Below, in pieces: positions 53,875 through 64,000 of a stretch of DNA of 64,000 bases (position 1 is its first letter; every line of letters starts with the position of its first letter). Source of the stretch: the human T2T-CHM13v2.0 reference genome, Homo sapiens; NCBI RefSeq assembly GCF_009914755.1, contig NC_060931.1; one strand, 5' to 3'. The position numbers and the translations under genes were made by a program. The notes beneath the pieces were generated by a model. That model was given only the letters and a program-made list of their open reading frames with translations. It was not told where the DNA came from and did not search any database.

Positions 53875-54115
53875 CTACAGGGTAGTGATTAAGAATGGAC
53901 TCCCAAGTAAGACTGCTTGATTGGCATCCTAATGAGCAATATGATCATGTTATTTAACTTTCCCATGTTTTGTCCCCTGTTAAAGGGGGTGATAGTAACA
54001 GCGCCACCTCATAGGGGTATAGAGATTGAGATAATTCATGTAAAGTTCTTAGAACAGTGCCAAGCTGGTGTAGGTTGTGATTATTATTCTGATGCCTACT
54101 ACTACTATTATTATC
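53875..54115 (+). mobile_element. MIR
   Basis: 'gtagtgattaagaatggactc...ttatttaactttccc...cctcatagggg...gagataattcatgtaaagttcttagaacagtgcc'. Confidence 0.85.
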
Positions 54116-54341
54116 CCTGTGGCCCAGGAGACCAGAAGGTATAGAGGGTGGAAAGACGAAGCTTCAGGGGGAGTACTGCACAGGGTGGGGTACTACTGCC
54201 TTCCTGTCACCCCAGTGTTCCCACTGGCTTCCCCAGGGCTGGTCCTCCTTGTTGTGAAGGATCTGAGTCTGACGTTCTACTTTAAAATAACATCAAGGGG
54301 ATCCATTGTTTCAGCAAAATAATAAGAGAGGGCAGCTGAGG

Positions 54342-54402
54342 GTATGTGTGTGTGTGTATGTGTGTGTGTGTGTGTGTGTGCATGTATGCATGTGTGTGTG
54401 TG
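54342..54402. repeat. (TG)n compound microsatellite
   Basis: gtatgtgtgtgtgtgtatgtgtgtg...gcatgtatgcatgtgtgtgtgtg. Confidence 0.9.
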
Positions 54403-55075
54403 TTGGACACATTCTCTTCTGAGGGATGTATGTTTTCTACTCCATAGCTCTCAGAAGCAGTTTGCTGAAACATGGTACTCCCAGCTTGGCTGAAATCGGG
54501 AGGCAGGGCAGTGGAGCCTGGGCCTTGGTGATTAAAAGTCTGGGTTTGAAATGGGCTACCGCAATGCCGAGTTTTGGGTTCCTTGTACACTGATGAGGCA
54601 GGACTAGGCTGTGCCTACAGCTGCTCTTACTTAGGAAATCCTAGGAACTGTGATTCCATACCTGCTACATTGGACTCACCACGAGATGCTGAGCCAGCCA
54701 TCCCCTTTTCTCTCTGATCTCACTCTTCCTTGGTTCAACTTCCCTGGTCTTCAAGAAAAACAGTCAGAGGAGCAGGGGCCACAGGAAATGGAGAGTCCTG
54801 GTTACTGCCAGCCTTGGAAAGATGGGTGACAGCTCTCGGTCCTCCCAGGGGAGGAGGTGTCGGCTTAGCAGGCCTCCTCAATCTGGAGCCCAGGCTGCAA
54901 AGCCAGGGACGCTGGGCTGAGTGGATGCCCCACAGGTCCCACAGCCCATCACTTGCAGAGCCAGGTGGTATTTCTGGTTTTCACTACACATACCCATGTG
55001 GCACAAAACATACATTGTGAGGATGTGCAGAGAGCATCTGGATTCCTTAGACTTCAGGTTCCCCATCCTTTAGGG

Positions 55076-55297
55076 CAGTTTTAAAAATTGTTTCGCTGGA
55101 GGCCTACCCAGGAAATCTTACTCACATTGAAAACCAGGATGAAACCCAGGAAAACAAGTCTTCCCCTTGCTACCTGTAATGCACTCAGATATTTTTCTTT
55201 CTTACTCTATTCCATTTAAAAGAAGGTTGGCCACAGCCCACTACATTGACTTAAAGCCATACGATGAGTTTGTGGCCCCCTGGCTTGGAAAGCACCA
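55076..55297. mobile_element. MER112-like hAT MITE
   Basis: 'cccttgctacctgtaatgcactcagatattttt...ttggccacagcccactacattgactt'. Confidence 0.65.
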
Positions 55298-56734
55298 TTT
55301 GAGCAGCAGGGCAGTGACAATGACTCAATGTGGCCTCAGTGCAGGCAGAAATCCCATTTTGCAAAGGGACAGACTGCCTGACAAAGTCAGAGTCCAAGTG
55401 TCTCCAGGCTTACACTGCAGGGTTAAAAGAACTTTTCAGATCCATGAACCTCTTCACAGAGAAGGATTTCTGCATCCTTCCAATGACTAATTCTCAGCCC
55501 AGACAGAAGTTGGCTCATTTGAAAGGGATAGCATGCCCTCCTGCCACACAATGGTCTGAGTATTTTTTCCGTGGCCCATAAATGAAGCTGACATTAGATA
55601 AGTCACTCACGCACTTCAAGAACTTCTTCAAAATTGGAGTCAGTTACTCAGCTACTCCAATTGTGGCTTATTTCCTCACTTCTGAGATTTTTAGGAATTG
55701 AGTAAACTAGAGCGCGTTCTAACTCACCTGTTGTTCACCTTTAACTCTCCCATCTTTGGATGCTATGGGAAACCCAGGAGCCTCCTGACCACATGAATGA
55801 AAAGAATAGGGCTTCTCCTTTGGCCTCCTAGCTTCAGAGCATCTGCTCCCTCCTAGCCAAGTATCACTTACTTAGGCATATCTGATTTTTATCATGTCTC
55901 AAATTTATAAAACCAAAAAAAAAGAAAAGAAAAGGTCCAGGGTTTACCTCATCCAGCCTTCTGTTTCACAGGTTAAAAGAGCATGACCCAGGGGCATTTA
56001 CGACTCACCTGGAACCACACAGGTTGTTAAGAGTGAGGGCTAGAATTTGGGTGACCTGTCTCCCAGGAGCCACGCAACCTCTCTGTGAATGAAGGTAAGA
56101 AGGGCCAAGTTCAAATCTCGAATGTCCTTGTGCTTCCCCAACTCTGCATTTGCAGAGAAGGTTGAGTGGGCACCGAGAGAATCAAAATAGAGTAGGTGTT
56201 CATTTTGAGGGGAAAACTCAACTTTCTAGGCCTCATTTACCCCTTTTCTAATGATAAGGAAAACAAGCCCAAACGGGATTTCCACTTTCATAAGAACCCT
56301 TCATCTCCCAAGTCCTCATCTGCCTTATGGAGTCTGGGATAGAAGGGCATTCTAGTAATAGCTACACTGATGGCCCTGACTGATGCACCTGCAAAGACAG
56401 ATATTGACGCTCTCATTTATTCTGGTAGTCCTGCCTGACAGACTGCCCTAAAATGAGCAGGAGCTCATTATCTCAGCTGGCCTTCTCCTTAAGCAAGGCG
56501 GAAATGGCCCAACCCTTTCTGGGACACCCCACCCCTGGGACTCGGAGGCCCTCTGAACAGCAGGGATGAGATGGACTGATGTGGATCATCATAGTAGCCA
56601 AATGAGGCCCTCTGGTGATTTTCACAGAGAGGTGTGTGGCACCCATTTTCTAGTGTGAGAAGTTTCTAGTGTGAGAAGTGTGTTTTTGAGTCCATTGATC
56701 CGGCACTCTGGATTTCCTCCAGGGATGTAGATGC

Positions 56735-56837
56735 ATCCTACATGCATGCACACATGCACATGCACACAAACATGCACATACACCAACACACAAATACACA
56801 CATGCACACACACTTGCACACACACATGTGCACACAA
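56735..56837. repeat. (CA)/(CATG)-rich low-complexity repeat
   Basis: catgcatgcacacatgcacatgcacacaaacatgcacatacac... Confidence 0.85.
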
Positions 56838-57139
56838 ATTGGCTGCTCAGGTCCTGCATCCCAGCATGCCCCCTGGAAACCAACCTACTTTGTTTTATTT
56901 TTATTCCTGGGACTACGTCAATACATCTCTCCTGGTGTGGAGGGTGGGCATCAGTTTGAGGGGCTTGTCCTAGTCAGTTGGGCTAAATGGGGCCAATTCT
57001 TTTGCTTTCCAGGGTGGATGCAGGGCTTTGTTGAATTGTGAAGAATGTTAAATGAAACTGTTTATTCATATCACAATCTCTGCTATGCCACAGAACATGA
57101 ACTTAGAACACACAGATTTTATACATCGGAAACAAGAAA

Positions 57140-57720
57140 TGTCTACCACATTAGCAAAGACTTAATAAAATTTCATAGCTTTCTAGTGGGAACATAAATT
57201 GGAACAATACTTTTGGAAAACAATTTAGTAACAGATAGCCAATCTTTAATGTGTTCATACCCTCTGGCCTAGAAATACCGCTTCTGGGACTCTAGCCAAA
57301 GGAAATAGTCTGAAATACAGGGATTTAAAAAAAAAAAGACCTTTATGCACAATAATTTTCATATCAGCATTATTTATAATTTAAAAATGAGAACTAACTT
57401 AAATATAAAACAGTAGGAGAGTGGGTAAGTAAACTACAATGTATTTGCATAATAGAATATTAAGCAGATGTTTAAAATTATATTTATGAAGAGTTTACAA
57501 AAAGTGGGGAAGTTAGTTGAGTTACAAGGTTCACTGAATAGGCAGGAAAAAATGAGACATAGAGTATAATCTTATCTATGGAAAATGATTAACATAAAAC
57601 ATCGAAAGGAAATATTAATGATAGCTGCAGGCGGTGGCATTCTGGGGGTGCAGTTTTTACATTTCTTATAGATTTCTAAATGTTTTAAATAAACAAGTAT
57701 TTTTCAATTCTTTTTTAGCT
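57140..57720 (+). mobile_element. L1ME-like 3' fragment
   Basis: 'gtgggaacataaattggaacaatacttttggaaaacaattt', 'gttcataccctctggcctagaaataccgcttctggga', 'cagcattatttataat'. Confidence 0.75.
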
Positions 57721-57743
57721 TTGAACACAAAAACACTTTATTT

Positions 57744-58053
57744 ATTTATTTATTTATTTATTTATTTTTGAGAGAGAGTCTCACTCTGTCACCCAGGCTG
57801 GAGTGCAGTGGTGCAATCTTGGCTCACTGCAAACTCTACCACCCGGGTTCAAGTGATTCTTCTGCCTCAGCCTCATGAGTAGCTGGGACTACAGGCACGT
57901 GCCACCACATCTGGCTAATTTTTTTCTATTTTTAGTAGAGATGGGGTTTCGCCATGCTGGCCAGGCTGGTCTCGAACTCCTGACCTCAAGTGATCCACCA
58001 GCCTCAAACTCCCAAAGTGCTGGGATTACAAGCATGAGCCACTGCACCTGGCT
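57744..58053 (-). mobile_element. AluSx-like with (TTTA)n tail
   Basis: Full dimer. TSD 'aaaaacac(t/a)ttattt' at 57729-57743 and 58054-58068. Confidence 0.96.
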
Positions 58054-61000
58054 AAAAACACATTATTTATAAAAGGAGGTCCAGTCACATCTCTCCCATT
58101 ACCTCTGCAGATGACTGCAGAGAAGTGCCCTCTCTGCCTGCCTCCCTCCCGCCCCCCACCCCATGTCATCTTCTCTAAGAGGAATGCGTTGGATCACATG
58201 ATCTCTAAAACCCACTCTGCTCTCACATTCTGTGTCTTGAAATATCATCCCCCTGTGTTTGAGACTGAGAATGGGATCTCAAAAAGGGGTCCAAGCAGCG
58301 AAACTATGCTACAAGTAAAACACTGTAATCATCCTAACAAGACATGGACTTGGATGGTCTTCTAGAAGATGCAGCTGTTCTTTTACAGTCTTCAGAGAAA
58401 AATGCTGACTTGATGTCCTTGGGATTGAACATCTGGAGCCAAACATCCAAATTAATGGGGTCGCGGGCAGCTGCCCTGTGAAGCCAGAAATCCAGGTTAG
58501 GGAGGTGGGGGCTCAGCTCTGTGCCTCCATCCAGGCCCTAGCTGGAGCTGACCTTCCAGGGTACTGCAGTAGATGGCTTGGTGGCCCACACAGGCACAGC
58601 AGGACAGATCCCATGTCCTATAACCCCCTATGGCAGCTCCAGCCCCGAGACGTCTTCCCTTGACCAAACTCCATGGGATTCTTTTTGTCCGTTATGAGCA
58701 TGGGGCACCTTCTTACAAATCATCTGATGGTCTCATGGTTTCCAGTTCCATTTCCTCAAGGACATTGTCTGTCACCCCTTGAAAGTCTGTCCCTCCTTCG
58801 ATCATCCCAGAGTGGTTGAGTGGTTCACAGGGGAGGGGAAATGAGAATCCACACATTGAACCAGCTCCCCACCCTGGATGAGGGGGTTAATTGGATTTTT
58901 CACTCTTTCAAGGTGGAATTCCATGATTTGATAATTACATGGGACTGTATCTCTCCCCTGGACTTTGGCCATCTTTCCCACCGTTCAGAGAAAATACGAC
59001 TTGTTTCTAGACCTGATATTCATCCAGCATGCACCAGGATGGATGGAAGATAAAATACTGAAATGTTTCCACACTGGTTGGTAAATTACCGTCACCTGCG
59101 GATACCTCCCCTGTAGTCCCAACAGGCTGGCTCGTCCTCCGGGAGATCCCCCAGTGACCTCCCTAAGATGTGTCACCTAAAGGGTTAATGCCTGGCCCGG
59201 CAGGGGGCCCCCAGACTCTTCACCCAGCATTAAGTCTTTGTGCCCTTGAAGTTTAAATATTTTGAATCTCACCTCTCCCTGCTCCCTCTTTGGAATTGAG
59301 TCCCTTGGGTTGAGAGAAGCTGACTGTAGTTGCCTGGGATAACCACGATGGCTGAAATGTAATAAGGAGGAATTTAGGCTTGGATCCTCACACTCTCCCT
59401 CCTGCTTCTAGGGGTGAAAGTTGGGGGATGGCAACAGTTTTGGGCAAACAGGTAGGAAAGGGAAACTGTGCCCACCTCCCCGTGCCCCCCTCCCCCAGCC
59501 CATGCTATTCTCAGCATTCACAGTTCCTCTTTACAGACAGGACTGAGACCCTCTGAGCCAGCACTGTAGAATCCCAGAAGCAGCACAGTGCCTTCCATCT
59601 GAGCTTCTGAAGTACATTTCACACATAGCACCTTCAGAAGGAACAGGAAGGAGAGACACTTTTCCTGACTTCGCCCATGAGGAGAAGGAAGCACAGAGAT
59701 GTGAAGCTGCCTTGTCACTCGCACAGCTGAGACAGACCCAAGCCTAGCCTTCCCCCCTCCACAGGGATAACCGTTAGAACTGCCAACTCTGTCCCAACGG
59801 GCAGTGAGGAGATCTGACAGGATTACGTCATGTGCTCTGTAACTGGGAGACACATTTATGAGCTGACAACCAGAGAGGCTGGTGTCATAGAGGAAGGAGG
59901 GTTACCAAGTGCTGCCTTTTGATAATAAAGGTTTCGTCTGTCTAGGCTGCCTGTCTCCAAGCACTCTGGCCAAAAACAGACATGCAATCACTCCCCTCCC
60001 CAAGGCGCTGGTGGGGAAGACTGCTATCGTTTATGCTTTTACTCATCTCCATCAGGAGGTGTGGAAGGTGCCACAAACCTGCCTCGACTCCAGCTAGTTC
60101 CCCTTCTGACGGTGCACCCACCCATCTGTCCATTCCCCACAGCAGGCTAGCATCCATTCTAGGTGGAAACTCCACTGGAAGCCCAAACCTCAGACGTGAG
60201 CCCCAGGAGATACCAGCCTGTACAGCAAGCCCCAGTCCTCAGTAGCATCTTTTAGAAAAAGTTCTGGTGCTTTGGCCATCATCCCGATTACGTTTGCCCA
60301 TGACATGATCCGGCTGTCATGGAATAAAGAAACATGAGGGTTTCAATGCAAGGAATGTTTAGAAATAGAGAACGAAAAGAATGTGCTTGATCTCATGTTT
60401 TCACTTTAATGTATTCAGAGCTGGCAGAGAAAGGGGGACATTTAACTTCTAATTAATGAGTTGCTCCATGTGTCCAAACAACTCTCCCATCTCTTCCCTC
60501 ACTGCAGATGAAAGCCCAAGTTCTCTTGGAGCTGGGTGATTCTCTGTGCAGGTTACATTTCCCCAGACTCTGAACGGGTATCTTCCACCAATCAGATTGG
60601 GCTCTGGCACCTCGCCACCTGTTCGGGCTTCACCCTGGAATCCCTCATCAGCAGCCACTTCTGATGCGTAATTGACAAGACCATAGCTGATGAAGGGTAT
60701 GTTACGGGCTTGGCTCTCACCATCAAATCTATTTTCAGTTGAAACTGCTTTGAATTTACTGACACCAAAGAGCCCAGAAGGTAAGAATGGGCTGTCATTG
60801 CCATTGTTACGATTGTGGCTGTTTTTGGAAACCTGGGTCTTTTCAACTTATCACAAGGCTTCAGCTAGGCCCTGATTTCAACTTCTGCCACCATCTGAGC
60901 ACGAGCCTTCTGAGTCCAAATTCCCTGTATATGTTGATATCATCTCAGTAAACATTGAGGAACAAAGGACATGAAGAAATGAGTGTCAGTCCGTGTGAGG

Positions 61001-61289
61001 GAGAAGAAAAGGCCCAGAAATTCTGGCATCCCCAGTTCAAATTCCACTCTTCACCAACTTCACCTTGCATTTCCACACCACAGACTTCCCAGGAGCTTGG
61101 TCTCTCATTCACATCGATATTTATGCTTGGAATGTGAAGGATCCCAAATTCTACGTCCAATCACATGTTCACATCCCTGAATGCTCTGACCACCCCAGAC
61201 ATTTCTGAAATGGCTTAGCTCCTGCCTGCCCCTCCAAACTTGACCAATGCCCTCTGCCTCCCTTCATGAAGGTCTGTCCACAGGGAGCC

Positions 61290-61720
61290 TTTCTCAGGCC
61301 CTCAAAGGTGCCGAGTTTGTTCTCCACTTCACAACCCCCAGGTAGGACTGTGTCCTCGACTTAGAACACTCTTCCCCTCACCTCAGCTCCTCACATTCTT
61401 TAGGTCTCAGAGCAAACATTCCAGCCTTCCATTCTGAGTAGACCCCCAAAACTTGATTATCCTCTATTTCAAAACCCTACTTATTTATTTCAAAGCCCTG
61501 ATAACTGTTTATTATTTTATTTATTTGTTTGGTTTTTGGCATATATCCCCCTCCAGACCTCAGCTCCATCTGTTGAATGAATGAATGAAGTTGCTAGATG
61601 AAATGGTATGCCTACTATGCTCCAAGCATGCTTCCCATGCTGACGATACAACAGTCAAGAAGTCAGGTGCATTGCCCTCATGGAGCCGATCACCTTGCAG
61701 ACAGCGACCTGCAGGAAACT
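61290..61720. mobile_element. Tail-to-tail L2 fragments (+ then -)
   Basis: The + copy ends 'ctgttgaatgaatgaatgaa' (~61590). The - copy reads 'tgcctactatgctccaagca...tgccctcatggagc'. Confidence 0.65.
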
Positions 61721-64000
61721 GAAATCATAGGAGACTTGGGCAAAGACGAAGGGAGCAGGAAAGAGGCAGAAGGAAGGGAACAGCATCTCGTGAGCTGACA
61801 ACGAAATCCTGTATAAATATCACACAAAAATCTATTAGTGTTACCAGCATAGAGGGCAATTGCTTTTTAATATAATAAGATCTTCCTTGGAGGCGATTAT
61901 GAGGCAGTGATAAGGATCAGGTGACATGTTGAGGTTTGGCACAGATGGATTAATTTCTGTTTACATCTAGTTGTTGGCAGCATGGGGGAGTTCTTCGTTT
62001 TCAGGGAGGAGGTGGGAAAGAGGACCTCTGGGGAAAGCAGCCAAGACACAATTCTTGTAGGTGTTATTCCAGAGAGCTCACTGCTTGCTGTGGATCCCAG
62101 AGTGAACTGGAGAGAAAACCAGGGCCTGGAGCACCGGGGAGGGACCTCCATGCAGGACACGCTGGCCAAGCTTTGGAGGGACGACCCCTCTCCTTTCCTC
62201 CTAAACCTTGGGGTGCCATGACAGAGGTAAACTATTGCTGATGTGGAGGGATTAGTGACTAGGAAACAAAGATCTGAGGTCTTTAGAAACAAAGTCACTT
62301 GATAGATGGGGGGTGGAGAGAGAAGGAAGGAGGAAAATGGAAAAGAAGGCATGCTGTTCTTATACAGTTCATTCCCGACACTGTCTCAAGCATTAACACT
62401 CTCATTACTAGATACTATTCTTCCCTGAGTGTTACACAGAGGTAAACTGAGGCCTGGGCAAGTCCAGGACAGACCCAATCGTACTGGAACAGAGTCTGCC
62501 TCCGGACTCGCTGCACAGGCACACAGCAAAGCCTGGAAGCAACTCTGAAGATTTCCTCGATGGGGTCTTTCCTTCCTTCCCTGGAGCAGCCCAGGGGTTT
62601 GCTTCACTGGCTGGGCCTCCTGTCTCCAGTAACTCCTGGAGTGAACACCAAAGTCCCCCAGCATCAAGACAGGGGCACACAACCAGGACAACTCTGACCC
62701 TGGAGCCAGGGGGCTGTTTATTCCACCATGTGGCTGCTTTTTCCAACATGTGACAGATGTCACGATTATTCTGCCACCAAAGAGGCACCCTCTGCCACTC
62801 CCCTAAAGCACCAACCCCAACAGACATGGCCTCAACCTAAACCCAACTCAGAGCAAAACACAATGGAAAACACACCTAAGCAATTCAATGGTGCCTTACA
62901 AATGGAGTTACTCCACGGTTCTGGTTGCCTGAAACTGCTGGTTTATGTGTGTGGCCCAGGCAAAATATTAGCAATGCCCTCTTTTACTTTTTAAAACTCT
63001 TCCAGTTTGGAAAATAAATTCCAGGGTCTTCCTACTTGTGATGTACCTGGAAACCCATATATTATGGAATCTACATAGAGATGATGCTATTTTAGAGTAT
63101 ATACACCCATGACCACTATACACTCCTCACTCCCAACCCCATATCAACCATCCAGTAAACAAAACTCTCAACACCCCATTCACAACATGTAGCCATCAAG
63201 CTGTGCTCACAAAAAAAGGTATGCACTCCGCCACCAGTCATACTCTTACACTGCTAGTCACTACACAAGTCTCCCAATCATGGCAGATAGAGCTATCTCT
63301 CTTCCACTATTCGGGCCTAGACACGACTACACATATCTCATAATTTGGGGGAGCACTGGGACATATGCACCCACTTGGACATCCATCCAAATCAGCCTTC
63401 AGGGATTTTAAATGGAAAAGCCCCGGTTGCTGTAATGGCTACAACCTTGTAAGGACATGAGTCCAAGTTCATTAAGAAGCTGGGTACAGATGAACCCTGT
63501 TGCTGTTGTGATTAATAATCATAATAGACAGTCAGCTGGAGGGCTTGCCAGCTGTGCCTTCCAGGTCCTGGTTCTGGGATCCCCTCTCATCCACCAGTGA
63601 GTAATGGTTTGGTTTATTGGAAACTCTCTTTTCATTTTTTATGGCTTCAATTAAGCGATGGGGAGAATCCATCATGTAACCTTTTTGCTGCACTGCTAAA
63701 GACTTCCGGAGGGGAAAATATTTATCAAACCCCAAACCATCAGAGGAGAGACTGCGGTAAACCTAACAGGAGACTGGGGTGGCAGAGAGGTGACCGAGAT
63801 GGTAGGGAGGGGAGAAAAAAATATCCACACAGAGGTTTGATGCTTGGACAAGAGCCATACTCTCTGTAAAATATCTGCTTATTTCACAAATATCAGGCTA
63901 CTCCTCACCTCACATCCCATAACCACAGAAAGTACTCCACTGATTATGAGGGTGGCTAATTAATCAGCCCCCAGTCCCCAGTCATGTGGATTCCTATAGC

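Noticed and set aside
56412-56470. Alternative hairpins (ctcattt/aaatgag versus aatgagc/gctcatt) as an RNA switch
   Set aside because: Stems of about 7 bp are expected by chance, and there is no covariation or expression evidence.
61540-61720. L2-L2 junction as a miR-28/151/708- or miR-95-type hairpin
   Set aside because: The tail-to-tail geometry is present, but I find only a 7-bp complement (gctccat/atggagc), too little for a pre-miRNA stem.

Overview
Primate (most likely human or ape) non-coding genomic DNA. It contains nine Alus (AluJ-, AluS- and AluY-like), a 5'-inverted L1PA with intact target-site duplications, several old L1M fragments, many MIR and L2 relics, an ERVL-type LTR end, hAT-Charlie MITEs, a MamSINE1-like relic and CA/TG microsatellites. 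I found no credible protein-coding gene, processed pseudogene, structural RNA gene, CpG island, or prokaryote-style system such as CRISPR or an operon. The supplied ORFs look like chance or repeat-derived frames. The window reads as a large intron or intergenic tract. I cannot name the locus from sequence alone. The best-supported unusual structure is the twin-primed L1 at 38.3-39.9 kb. The other leads are candidate regulatory elements (RE1/REST site, MiT/TFE E-box cluster, PBX-HOX/MEIS/CArG cluster, Kozak-octamer overlap), non-B DNA tracts, a close inverted Alu pair and a few candidate small exons. Repeat family names come from recalled consensus sequences rather than a database search, and boundaries of old repeats are approximate. 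I do not have evidence for a new biological system here.
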